A stretch of 64,000 bases of DNA from Mantamonas sphyraenae STR306 (GCA_026936335.1 JAPMXV010000025.1:124001-188000), one strand, 5' to 3'; counted from the first letter of the stretch, positions 31,774 to 44,840 are shown. Notes: generated by a model not told the origin, from the letters alone. Made by a program: numbers and translations.

Positions 31774-32300
31774 CCCTGGGCGTGGGTGAACCAGATGCCC
31801 TTGATGGAGAACAGGACGACAACACGTACGTCACACCCGAGGGAGAGATTGTACAGCGGTTCGACAAGAAGCGCACCGAGGTGCCCAAGTTTGTGTTTAT
31901 CCCAGACAAGACGCAGCCGCGGACCAACTGGCTGAACAGCATCACGGACAACAAATGCGGCCAGAGTCTGATCCTGGGCTCGACCATGGGCGCAGGGATC
32001 GGTCTGTCGATTGGGTTTGTGGGTGGCTTCCTTGCCGCACTGTTCTCTGGCCTTCCACGCTCAGAGATCCCTCGGTACACGGTGAAACGGGCGCTGCAGA
32101 GCGGCGGCTTCTTCACGTTTCTGCTGGCGACTGCGTTTGGCCTGCGCTGTGACACTCTGCCACACAACACAGCCACGATCTATTCTCTGTACAACGGCGT
32201 CGGGGGTGGCGTTGTGTCACGTCATGATGTACACACCAGTGTGTCGATTGTGACTTTGGAGGAGGAGGAGGAGGAGGGGGAGGGGGAGGCGACGATGTGA
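31761..32300 (+). pseudogene. Romo1/Mgr2-like (Tim17 superfamily) membrane protein ORF, apparently 5'-truncated
   Basis: KC...LG..MGAGIGL..G..GG.LAA...G......T.K..LQSGGFF.F.......LRC resembles the Romo1/Mgr2 pattern (C..K.MGF.MG..VG...QSGGTFGTFMAIG.GIRC). No upstream ATG in this copy; the first in-frame Met lies inside the domain. Confidence 0.7.
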
Positions 32301-32740
32301 TGATGATCAGGCGGGTGGTGGAGGGGGGTGCATGGGTGTGTTGGGTGCACACACGGTGGGAATGGGTGGAGTGGTGGGGGAAGGGTGGGATGGTGGGAGG
32401 ATGGGGAGGATTTGGGTGGGAGTCGGAGGGAAGTGGGTGGGGAAGGAGGGAGAGGGGCGAATGAATGGATGCTTGGGAATATGGTTGCGAGGTGGGTGGG
32501 GGCAGATTGGAAGGGGGGGGGGGTGGTTGGAGAGAGGTGGGGAGGTGGATGCGTGGAGGGGACCACCGGAACTTGGAAAGGAGACAAGGTTTGTTTTGAG
32601 TGTGTGTGTGTGTGGGAACGGTGGTGGTGGTGGCGATGGATGGGTGGGGTGGAGTGAGGTGGGGAAGAGCGGGGGAGGGGTGGAAGGGGAAAGAGGGAAA
32701 AGAAGGGGGGACATCGGAGCGGGAGCTGACACGTGGGACA
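32301..32740 (+). repeat. G-rich low-complexity spacer with many GGG runs (also ~25150-25377, 39783-40200, 47241-47670); probably includes a 5'UTR intron of the kinase
   Basis: Strong G/A skew. A conserved island GGACCACCGGAACTTGGAAAG is followed by a candidate donor AAG|GTTTGT and a candidate acceptor GCTGAC...CAG|AACTGG, 16 nt before the kinase ATG. Confidence 0.7.
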
Positions 32741-32757
32741 GAACTGGTTGATCGATC

Positions 32758-35700
32758 ATGAGCACAACACAAGAAGTGGACTGGAAGACACTGCTGGCGA
32801 GTGGCGATGTGGAACGCATTGGGGTGGCATTGGCAGAGGCAGGAGAGGTGGGTTTGCGGGAGAGACGAGAGGGAAAAATTGGTTGACGTGTGGGTGGAGA
32901 GGATGGTTGAGGAGTGAGGAAGGAGTGAATGGGGGCGATTGGGATTGGGTGGAAGTGGGTGGGTGGGTGGATGCGGGGGGTGATGGCTGACGCAGGTGGT
33001 GCAGGAATTGAAACTCAGCGGGAAGAGTCTTAGGGGCGAACGTGTGGCAGCCCTGGCAAAGGCATTGGGATGGAACAGCAGCTTGAAGAAACTGTACCTC
33101 AGGAGCAACAGCATCGGGGCAGGAGGAGCAGCATCACTGGCGCAGGCATTGAGTGAGAATGGCAGCTTGCAGATACTAAACCTCGACAACAACAGCATCG
33201 GGGACAAAGGAGCAGCAGCACTGGCGCACGCACTGAGTGAGAACAGCAGCTTGCAGAGACTGTACCTCAGCTTCAACAGCATCGGAGCAGAAGGAGCAGC
33301 AGCACTGGCACAGGCACTGAGTGCGAACAGCAGTTTGCAGAGACTGGACCTCAACAGAAACAGCATCGGGGCAGAAGGAGCAGCAGCACTGGCGCACGCA
33401 CTGAGTGAGAACAGCAGCTTGCAGACACTGGACCTCAGCAACAACCGCATCGGGGACAAAGGAGCAGCAGCACTGGCGCACGCACTGAGTGAGAACAGCA
33501 GCTTGCAGAGACTGTACCTCAGCTTCAACAGCATCGGAGCAGAAGGAGCAGCAGCACTGGCACAGGCACTGAGTGCGAACAGCAGTTTGCAGAGACTGGA
33601 CCTCAACAGAAACAGCATCGGGGCAGAAGGAGCAGCAGCATTGGCGCACGCACTGAGTGCGAACAGCACTTTGCAGAGACTGGACCTTGACAACAACAGC
33701 ATCGGGGACGATGGAGCAGCAGCACTGGCCGCAGCACTGGAGTCCAACCACACCTGCTGGTACATGCCTGGTGTACACGATGATGCAGTCAAGCAGAGTC
33801 TCTCTCGCAACAAGGAGCACGCTGATGCGTTCCTCGCCGCCGCCCGCTCTGCCGACACCGATGCCATGCAGGAGCAGCTGGAATGGGGTGTTCACATCGA
33901 CACATGGCCTGACAGTGGGAACACAGCCCTCACCATTGCCGTCAACAGCAACGACATTGAACTGTGCGCGTGGCTGATCGGACGTGGTGCGAATCCACTC
34001 ACTCGACCTGATGGCTACAATCCCAATGCCCTGCAGCTGGCCCAGAAAAACGGCAACAAGGCCATCCTGGAGCTGTTCTCCGCAGCAATCAATCCTGTTG
34101 ACCCATCCTGGCCAGCATACGCCACAGCAACAGCCAATGTGGAGCTTGTGACTGAGCTGGATGCCATGCTGACAGCACTGTCATCACCATCGTCTGGACA
34201 CACAAGCGTAGCGGATGTTGTGTCTGTGCTGAACGACAGCGCAAAGACGACACCGATGCGCGAGGCATCGTCTGTGCTGGAACACCTGGAGACTGTGACC
34301 GCAGACACTCAGGTGGCATCGACACACCATGCTGTGCTGGACACGGTGAAGGAGAGTGTGAACCAGGAGAACGCCCGCGCACGCACACTCCTGGCTGCAG
34401 CTGCTCCACACGCTGCACAAGCACAGCAGACACTGTGGAAAGCAGAGCAGGAAGAAGTGGAGAGACTGGTGGCGACACACAAGCAAGCGGCGAGACAGCG
34501 ACAGGCAGGAACGACGATGGAAGCCAAGACAAGTGCACGTGAAGTGGAACTGCAGACGAGTGTGGAGCTGGTGGGAGCGTGTGCACAACGGGCAGAGAAG
34601 AGGATGGCAGTGCGGAGGGAGGTGTATGGAGCAGCAGGAGGGGTGTGGGAGGGAGTGTGGAAGGAAGCAGCAGCAGGAGAACCATCGTCGTCACCTGGAG
34701 GATGGATTGCAGAACGGGCAGAGGCACAACGGGAGCAGGTGTTGACTCAGGCTGGGGTCGCAAGGGAGGAGGGAAGACGGTATGCAGCTGGGCTGGAGCA
34801 ACTGGAGGCCAACACAGGAGAGCTGGAGGCACGGAAGGAGGCACTGGGTGCAGAGGAGGAGGAGGTGCGGATGGCGAAGGAGACGCATGTGACAGAGATG
34901 GAACGAGAGATTGGAGAGCTGGAGACCAGACTGGCACAGCTGCGCAGGGACAAGGCAGCCGCGGAGGAAGCATTGCGTGAGCTGCCTTCTGTGTACAGAC
35001 AAGAGCGCAAGCAGATCGAAGCAACACTGAATCAATGTGAGAACTGGCGCACACAGCTGCGGATGCTCTGTGAGCGTCAGGAGGGACTGACGCATGCGCT
35101 GGAGAAGCTGGCAGAGGCGAGCAAGGAGCATCTGGAAGAAACCGCTGAAGCAGTGGACCACACGGAGCAACAGCTGCAGACACACCACAGAGCAGAACAG
35201 ACGATGACCAAAGAGGCAGCCGAGTTGGCATGTGGGTCGCTGGCAGGGGAACTTCAACGTCTGGAACGGTCGAAAGGACCGAAGCAGAAGCGTGTGCAGC
35301 AGGCAGAGGCAGACATGCTGCGGTACCTGGAGGAGGAGCTGACCGAAGAGTACAACCGAGCACGGGAGGAGCGGGAGCAGGCAGCAGCGGGTGTGAAGCA
35401 GGTGGAGGCGATGCAGACAGTGCGGCTGGAAACGCTGAATGCAGCCGAGGCACTGCTGGGCAAGGAGGCATCGAGTCTGGCGGCGGTGCTTGCAGGGGAG
35501 GACAGACGAGGGTCATCGAACAACTGGACACCGCCTGGGTCGCCACTGGGATCAGAAGTGGAGAGTAGCGGAGACGAGTCGCTGGAGATCCCGTGGTCGG
35601 ATCTGTCGAAAGGGGAACTGCTGGGAGAGGGCGGATTTGCGTTTGTGTACAAGGGGATGCTGCGTGGAAGCACGCCAGTAGCCATCAAGATGATGAAGGT

Positions 35701-36946
35701 GCAGGTGATGGATTCTGAACACGCAGCAGCATTCAACCACGAGGTGCGGACGATGAAGGGACTGAAGCACAGGAACATGATCACACTGCACGGAGTGTGC
35801 GTGGAACCGGAGCATGTGTGCATGGTGACGGAACTGTGTGAGCTTGGGTCGCTGCACAGGCTGCTGCACGAGAGGGGCGAGAGTGCGGAAGGGCTGTCTG
35901 AGGAGGCCAAGGTGCAGATTGCACGGGATGTGGCAGACGGAATGGCATACCTGCACGGATACAAACCACCGATCATGCACAGGGACCTGAAGCCAGAGAA
36001 TGTGCTGCTGGACAGGCGTGGCGTGGCACGGATCAGCGACTTTGGGCTGAGCCGGGTAAAGGAGCACACCAAGACGAAAACCAAGTCAGGGGCCGGCTCA
36101 TGGCAGTACATGGCACCTGAGCTGCTGTTGGATGATGATGACACGGACAGCGACGAGGAGGAGGATGCAGGAGCATCCCCGAGCGTTTCCATGCGGACGT
36201 TTGACGAAAAGGTGGATGTGTTTGCGTTTGGGATGCTGCTGTGGGAGATGATGCATGAAGTGCAGCCGTACAGCGGCAAGAAGAACTATGGCCACAGCAA
36301 GCACATAGCCAAGCTGATCCAAAAACCAGACAAGCGAGAGAAGATCGACACGAGCGTGTGTCCGGGATGGGCGACAAAGCTGATTGAGCAGTGCTGGGCA
36401 ACGGATCCATCGCAACGGCCTCCATTCACACAGATTGTGGCGACGCTGGACACGGTGGAGGTGATGAAGAAGGAAGAGATGCACTCGCAGGTGGAGATTG
36501 TGAGCATCCTGCACGAGATGCAGGGGACACAGGCACAGATCCTGGACGCGATGCAGTTTGACCACGAGGCATGGCAGGCACAGGTGGCTGCACTGGACCC
36601 CAGGGCACAGGAGGAGATTGTCACTGCGCTGCGAGCGGTACAAAGCGACACGGAATCACTAAAGAGGAGGAGTGGCCAACAGAGCAAGGCGATCCGGTTC
36701 CTGGGAGAGCAGGTACCGCAGTTGCGGACATGGCTGACAGAGGTGCAGACACGAGCAGAGGCACAAGGGCTGAACGCAGCCGATGTGGACATTGTGCGTG
36801 CGCAACTGGCTGCCATGGAGCAGGATGTGATGGAAGTGAAAGAGCGGGTGAGCAGTCAAGGAGCAGCGATGGTGGGAGTGCAAGCGAAGCTGGTGACGGT
36901 GGAGATTGGGATGGGTGAGAGCGGAGAGGATGATGAAGGAGTGTGA
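32758..36946 (+). CDS. LRR-ankyrin-coiled coil-TKL kinase, copy 2; exons 32758-32847 and 32996-36946
   Basis: As copy 1, with 8 LRR units and a divergent segment after helix F. Confidence 0.92.
32996..33754 (+). repeat. 84-bp LRR tandem repeat, 8 units plus an N-terminal repeat
   Basis: Counted in the translation; includes an internal duplication (33195-33388 = 33447-33640). Confidence 0.95.
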
Positions 36947-37376
36947 AGCCATGAAGGAAGGAGCCGGCTGTAGAGGACCACGTCCACTTCTTGTCACACA
37001 TGCCACTGGTTGGACTAGATGACACGATGTGGAACGAGTGAACGAGTGTACGCACAAGGACTGGGTGATTGCAGGGAGGACAGGGGATCCCCAACCCCCG
37101 AGCAGGGTGCAACGGAAGCATGTTGAACGAGAACTGGAGGCAGCAGCAATTGATTCTACCCAACATGGAAGAAACACGAGCAAACAAGGCAGCGTGTCCC
37201 TTCAACACATCCATCCCAACCTCTTTGCGGACACCACCAACCACCCAACACAACTCCTCAACGACTGGGAACGGGGGTCTCTCCATTCGACTCTCACGTC
37301 ATCACAAATCCCACACACACCAACCCCCAATCCTTGCCAGTCTTGTGTACCATCCAATCATCCCCTCATCCCCTCA

Positions 37377-39255
37377 TCACCTCCCTTGCGCATCCAAACC
37401 AAACGTCACCGGCGACGCCAACATAACCACGCCATGGCGCATAAACGTACCATCGCGCAGGTCCAGGGCGCCCAGCATCTTTACAGACCCCAGAACCTCC
37501 CAAGTGCCACTGAGCAGCGTCAACGTACCCACTTTCATGGATCCATGGACACGCAGAGTACCGCCCTGGCCGATGTGTACGGCATCGAAGCGAGCGCCGG
37601 TGTTGTGGACGCGCACTTCGCCACCCTGGGCCACGACGAGGTCGTCGAGGACGGCGTTGCTGAGCCACGTCACTGTGGACGACGCCACACGTAGACGCAG
37701 ACGCGACGTCTGTCCCTCCACATGCCATGCACCCACCGTCTGGAGCGGGTCCTGTGCCGACGGGTTGCCCCGCAGCGCACCGTGCTGCATGACTGTCATC
37801 TTGCTGTTCATCGTAGCAACGCCATCCAATGTCACGTTGGCTCCTGCCATCACACGCAGCTCGCATGCACCCGCGGTGCCGTTGACCGAGCCGTACAGCG
37901 AGGCCTCGCCGTAGAAGGACACGGTGGCGTTGCTGTCACACACCAGGTTGTGCACAGCCATGGAGCCAAAGGCATGCACATGGCTGCTCACACGGGCCTG
38001 GGACAGCGTGTGCATCGAGCCGCCGAGGTCGGCGCCTGTCAGCGTCGTCACACCGTTTCCACGCAGCCATGCGTTGGATGCCATGTCCAGCACACCCGTC
38101 ACCTGCACGTCGGTGTTCACCTGAAGCACACCGCCCGCAGGCACGCGTGCATTCAGCACCTGTGTGCTCACGCCGACGCTCAACACGCCGTTGTTGCTTG
38201 TCAGGATGTTCACCACACGCAGCTGCGTCGTGTTTCCGCTCACTCCACCGCCTTCCGACAGCGTCACTGTGTTCATCCACAGTTGCGGGTCCTGTGCAAC
38301 ACCAGTGAACGCACCCTGCACCACACTGCCTGTGCCGTGCACGTGTGTGTCGCCTGCGAGAGCTGCGCCACGCACGATTTCCAGCACGCTTCCTGACAGC
38401 ACGGTGACGTTGCCCCAGGCGAGCGCACGGTCCACGCGTGCCACTGTGGCCTGCGAAAGCACCACCGAGGCATTTACGGGAACCAGCACACTGTCTGTGG
38501 CGTTGGGCACACGCCCGGCATCCCAGTTGGCACTGACGTTCCAGTCGCCGCCGGCTGCGCCCACAAAGGTCAGCGTGGGCACAAACGGCGCCACGGTGAC
38601 GTTGAGCACCGCCTGGCGCGAGTAGGCTGGTCCAGCGCCGTGGTTGCCCAGGTCGTAGACACTCACCACGAGGGAATCGACACCCGAGGACAGACCAGGG
38701 ACGCTTGCGTAGCGCAGGGTGGCCAGCTGGGCGTTGATGGAGTCCAGAGTGCCCACCACATCGATCTGCAGCTTGTCTGGATGCGACACCGTCGACAGGC
38801 GTCCATGGGTGGCACTGATGACCAAACGCATGTTGCCATCGACCTGTGCGGCATCCACATCCGTCACAGAGATACCCGCCACGTGCACACTGTCCAAATA
38901 GTCCACAACGAGCTCTGTGGGCATGCCAACAATGTGCACGGGGTCGTTCACGGCGGTGACGTTGACAGCGAGCACAAACACGGCCTGTGTGGCAGGGCCA
39001 CCGGTGAAGCCGTTGTGGTTCACCACCACTGTCACGGTGTCGCCACCCACGTGATGCACAGGCGCATGGTACACGAGTGTTGTCAGCAGCGCGTTGATCT
39101 GCGTCAGCGTGCCGTTGTTCACCACCACGGATCCGTTGCCCGCGGCACCGGCTGCCAGCTCCACCGTGCCCAGCGTGGCACTCACGTTGAGGGTGAGCAC
39201 ACCAGCCGCGGCATCGGGGTCTGCCACGCGCATAAAGGGCACGTGGAAGCTGCTG
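37377..39255 (-). pseudogene. 3' fragment of the giant gene, copy 2
   Basis: Near-identical to 52105-53983. Confidence 0.85.
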
Positions 39256-39782
39256 CCCTGGGCGTGGGTGAACCAGATGCCTTTGATGGGGAACAGGACG
39301 ACAACACGTACGTCACACCCGAGGGAGAGATTGTACAGCGGTTCGACAAGAAGCGCACCGAGGTGCCCAAGTTTGTGTTTATCCCAGACAAGACGCAGCC
39401 GCGGACCAACTGGCTGAACAGCATCACGGACAACAAATGCGGCCAGAGTCTGATCCTGGGCTCGACCATGGGCGCAGGGATCGGTCTGTCGATTGGGTTT
39501 GTGGGTGGCTTCCTTGCCGCACTGTTCTCTGGCCTTCCACGCTCAGAGATCCCTCGGTACACGGTGAAACGGGCGCTGCAGAGCGGCGGCTTCTTCACGT
39601 TTCTGCTGGCGACTGCGTTTGGCCTGCGCTGTGACACTCTGCCACACAACACAGCCACGATCTATTCTCTGTACAACGGCGTCGGGGGTGGCGTTGTGTC
39701 ACGTCATGATGTACACACCAGTGTGTCGATTGTGACTTTGGAGGAGGAGGAGGAGGAGGGGGAGGGGGAGGCGACGATGTGA
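39243..39782 (+). pseudogene. Romo1/Mgr2-like ORF, copy 2
   Basis: Near-identical to 31761-32300; the frame stays open upstream to 38640 through antisense giant-gene sequence. Confidence 0.7.
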
Positions 39783-40219
39783 TGATGATCAGGCGGGTGG
39801 TGGAGGGGGGTGCATGGGTGTGTTGGGTGCACACACGGTGGGAATGGGGTGGAGTGGTGGGGGAAGGGTGGGATGTTGGGAGGATGGGGAGGAGTTGGGT
39901 GGGAGAGGAGGGAAGTGGGTGGGGAAGGAGGGAGAGGGGCGAATGAATGGATGCTTGGGAATATGGTTGCGAGGTGAGCGGATGGGGGGGGTGGAGAGAG
40001 GTGGGGAGGTGGATGCGAAGAGGGGACCACCGGAACTTGGAAAGGAGACAAGGTTTGTTTTGGAGGGTGTGTGTGTGGGAACGGTGATGGTGGTGGCGAT
40101 GGATGGGTGGGGTGGAGTGGGGCGGGAAGGGTGGGGAATGTGTGGAAGGGGAAAGAGGGAAAGACGGGGGGGACATCGGAGCGGGAGCTGACACGTGGGG
40201 CAGAACTGGTTGATCGATC

Positions 40220-43200
40220 ATGAGCACAACACAACAAGTGGACTGGAAGACACTGCTGGCGAGTGGCGATGTGGAACGCATTGGAGTGGCATTGGCAGAG
40301 GCAGGAGAGGTGGGTTTGCGGGAGAGACGAGAGGGAAAAATTGGTTGACGTGTGGGTGGAGAGGATGGGTGAGGAGTGAGGAAGGAGTGAATGGGGGCGA
40401 TTGGGATTGGGGGCAGTGGGTGGGTGGGTGGATGAAGGGGGTGATGGCTGACGCAGGTGGTGCAGGATTTGAACCTGGGAGGGGAGAGTCTTGGGGACAA
40501 ACATGTGGCAGCCCTGGCAAAGGCATTGGGAAGGAACAGCAGCTTGCAGGGACTGTACCTCCACAGCAACAGCGTTGGAGCAAAAGGAGCAGCAGCATTG
40601 GCGCAGGCACTGGGAATGAACAGCAGCTTGCAGAACCTGAACATCAACAGCAACAGCATCGGGGACAAAGGAGCAGCAGCACTGGCGCAAGCACTGAGTG
40701 AGAACGGCAGTTTGCAGAGACTGGACCTCTACAACAACAGCATCGGGGCAGCAGGAGCAGCAGCACTGGGGCAGGCACTGAGTGGGAACAACAGCTTGCA
40801 GAGGCTGGACCTCAGCAGCAACAGTATCGGTGACAAAGGAGCAGCAGCCCTGGCGAAGGCACTGGGTGAGAACAACGGCTTGCTGGCACTGGACCTCCGC
40901 AACAACAGCATGGGGGCAGGAGGAGCAGCAGCACTGGCGCAGGTACTAAGTGAGAATGGCAACTTGCAGTCGTTGTACCTTGACAACAACAGCATCGGGG
41001 CAGAAGGAGCAGCAGCATTGGCGCACGCACTGAGTGCGAACAGCAGCTTGCAGAGACTGGACCTCAACAGCAACAGCATCGGGGACAAAGGAGCAGCAGC
41101 TCTGGCACAGGGACTGAGTGAGAACAGCAGCCTGCAGACACTGGACCTCAGCAACAACAGCATCGGAGCAGCAGGAGCAGCAGCACTGGCCGCAGTACTG
41201 GAATCCAACCACACCTGCTGGTACATGTCTGGTGTAGGCGATGATGCAGTCAAGCAGTTTCTCTCGCGCAACAAGGAGCACGCAGATGCGTTCCTCGCCG
41301 CCGCCCGCTCTGCCGACACCGCTGCCATGCAGGAGCAGCTGGATTGGGGTGTTCACGTCGATGCCTGGCCTGACGTCGAGAACACAGCCGTCACCGTTGC
41401 AGCCAACAACAACGACATTGAGCTGTGCGCATGGCTGATCGAGCGTGGTGCAAATCCACTCACTCGCCCATATGGCTACAAACCCAATGCCTTGGAGCTG
41501 GCCCAGAAAAACGGCAACACGGCCATCCTGGAGCTGCTCTCTGCAGCAATCAATCCTGTTGACCCATCCTGGCCAGCATACGCCACAGCAACAGCCAATG
41601 TGGAGCTTGTGACTGAGCTGGATGCCATGCTGACAGCACTGTCATCACCATCGTCTGGACACACAAGCGTAGCGGATGTTGTGTCTGTGCTGAACGACAG
41701 CGCAAAGACGACACCGATGCGCGAGGCATCGTCTGTGCAGGAACACCTGGAGACAGTGCTTGCAGACACTGAGGTGGCATCGACACACCATGCTGTGCTG
41801 GACACGGTGAAGGAAAGTGTGGACCAGGAAAACGCACGCGCACGCACACTCTTGGCTGCAGCTGCTCCACATGCTGCACAGGCACAGCAGACACGGTGGA
41901 CAGCAGAGCAGGAAGATGTGGAGAGACTGGTGGCGACACACAAGCAAGCGGCGAGACAGCGACGGGCAGGAACGACGATTGAAGCCAAGACGAGTGCACG
42001 TGAAGTGGAACTGCAGACGAGTGTGGAGCTGGTGGGAGCGTGTGCACAACGGGCAGAGAAGAGGATGGCAGTGCGGAGGGAGGTGTATGGAGCAGCAGGA
42101 GAGGAGTGGGAGGGAGTGTGGAAGGAAGCAGCGGCAGGAGAACCATCGTCGTCACCTGGAGGATGGATTGCAGAACGGGCAGAGGCACAACGGGAGCATG
42201 TGTTGGCACAGGCTGGGGTCACAAGGGAGGAGGGAAGACGGTATGCAGCTGGGCTGGAGCAACTGGAGGCCAACACAGGAGAGCTGGTGGCACGGAAGGA
42301 GGCACTGGGTGCAGAGGAGGAGGAGGTGCGGATGGCGAAGGAGATGCGTGTGATGGAGATGGAACGAGAGATTGAAGAGCTGGAGACCAGACTGGCACAG
42401 CTGCGCAGGGATAAGGCAGCTGAGGAGGTGGCATTGCGTGAGCTGCCTGCTGTGTACAGACAAGAGCGCAAGCAGATCGAAGCAACACTGAAACATAGTA
42501 ATTGGTGGCACACACAGCTGTGCATGCTGTGTGTGCGTCAGGAGGGACTGACGCATGCGCTGGAGAAGCTGGCAGAGGCGAGCAAGGAGCATCTGGAAGA
42601 AACCGCTGAAGCAGTGGACCACACGGAGCAACAGCTGCAGACACACCACAGAGCAGAACTGACGATGACCAAAGAGGCAGCCGAGTTGGCATGTGGGTCG
42701 CTGGCAGGGGAACTTCACCGTCTGGAACGGTCGAAAGGACCGAAGCAGACGCGTGTGCAGCAGGCAGAGGCAGACATGCTGCGGTACCTGGAGGAGGAGC
42801 TGACCGAAGAGTACAACCGAGCACGGGAGGAGCGGGAGCAGGCAGCAGCGGGTGTGAAGCAGGTGGAGGCGATGCAGACAGTGCGGCTGGAAACGCTGAA
42901 TGCAGCCGAGGCACTGCTGGGCAAGGAGGCATCGAGTCTGGCGGCGGTGCTTGCAGGGGAGGACAGACGAGGGTCATCGAACAACTGGACACCGCCTGGG
43001 TCGCCACTGGGATCAGAAGTGGAGAGTAGCGGAGACGAGTCGCTGGAGATCCCGTGGTCGGATCTGTCGAAAGGGGAACTGCTGGGAGAGGGCGGGTTTG
43101 CGTTTGTGTACAAGGGGATGCTGCGTGGAAGCACGCCAGTAGCCATCAAGATGATGAAGGTGCAGGTGATGGATGCTGAACACGCAGCAGCATTCAACCA

Positions 43201-44410
43201 CGAGGTGCGGACGATGAAGGGACTGAAGCACAGGAACATGATCACACTGCACGGAGTGTGCGTGGAACCGGAGCATGTGTGCATGGTGACGGAACTGTGT
43301 GAGCTTGGGTCGCTGCACAAGCTGCTGCACGAGAGGGGCGAGGGTGCGGAAGGGCTGTCTGAGGAGGCCAAGGTGCAGATTGCACGAGATGTGGCAGACG
43401 GAATGGCGTACCTGCACGGATACAAACCACCGATCATGCACAGGGACCTGAAGCCAGAGAATGTGCTGCTGGACAGGCGTGGCGTGGCACGGATCAGCGA
43501 CTTTGGGCTGAGCCGGGTAAAGGAGCACACCAAGACGAAAACCAAGTCAGGCGCCGGATCATGGCAATACATGGCACCTGAGCTGTTGTTGGATGATGAT
43601 GACACGGACAGCGACGAGGAGGAGGATGCAGGGGCGTCGTCCTCGAGCGTTTCCATGCGGACGTTTGACGAAAAGGTGGATGTGTTTGCGTTTGGGATGC
43701 TGTTGTGGGAGATGATGCATGAAGTGCAGCCGTACAGCGGAAAGGGAGGCTTCTCGATGGCCAAGTTGATCTCCCGATGGGGGAAGAAGCCGGACAAGCG
43801 AGAGAAGATCGACACGAGCGTGTGTCCGGGATGGGCAACAAAGCTGATTGAGCAGTGCTGGGCGACGGATCCATCGCAACGGCCTCCGTTCACACAGATT
43901 GTGGCGACGCTGGACACGGTGGAGGTGATGAAGAAGGAGGAGATGCACTCGCAGGTGGAGATTGTGAGCATCCTGCACGAGATGCAGGGGACACAGGCAC
44001 AGATTCTGGACGCGATGCAGTTTGACCACGAGGCATGGCAGGCACAGGTGGCTGCACTGGACCCCAGGGCACAGGAGGAGATTGTCACTGCGCTGCGAGC
44101 GGTACAAAGCGACACGGAATCACTAAAGAGGCAGAGTGGCCAACAGAGCAAGGCGATCCGGTTCCTGGGAGAGCAGGTACCACAGTTGCGGACATGGATG
44201 ACAGAGGTGCAGACACGAGCAGAGGCACAAGGGCTGAACGCAGCCGATGTGGACATTGTGCGTGCGCAACTGGCTGCCATGGAGCAGGATGTGATGAAAG
44301 TGAAAGAGCGGGTGAGCAGTCAAGGAGCAGCGATGGTGGGAGTGCAAGCGAAGCTGGTGACGGTGGAGATTGGGATGGGGGAGAGCGGAGAGGATGATGA
44401 AGGAGTGTGA
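40220..44410 (+). CDS. LRR-ankyrin-coiled coil-TKL kinase, copy 3; exons 40220-40309 and 40457-44410
   Basis: As copy 1, with 8 LRR units. Confidence 0.92.
40457..41215 (+). repeat. 84-bp LRR tandem repeat, 8 units plus an N-terminal repeat
   Basis: Counted in the translation. Confidence 0.95.
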
Positions 44411-44840
44411 AGCCATGAAGGAAGGAGCCGGCTGTAGAGGACCACGTCCACTTCTTGTCACACATGCCACTGGTTGGACTAGATGACACGATGTGGAACG
44501 AGTGAACGAGTGTACGCACAAGGACTGGGTGATTGCAGGGAGGACAGGGGATCCCCAACCCCCGAGCAGGGTGCAACGGAAGCATGTTGAACGAGAACTG
44601 GAGGCAGCAGCAATTGATTCTACCCAACATGGAAGAAACACGAGCAAACAAGGCAGCGTGTCTCTTCAACACATCCATTCCAACCTCTTTGCGGACACCA
44701 CCAACCACTCAACACAACTCCTCAACGACTGGGAACGGGGGTCTCTCCATTCGACTCTCACGTCATCACAAATCCCACACACACCAACCCCCAATCCTTG
44801 CCAGTCTTGTGTACCACCACCTCATCCCCTCATCCACTCA

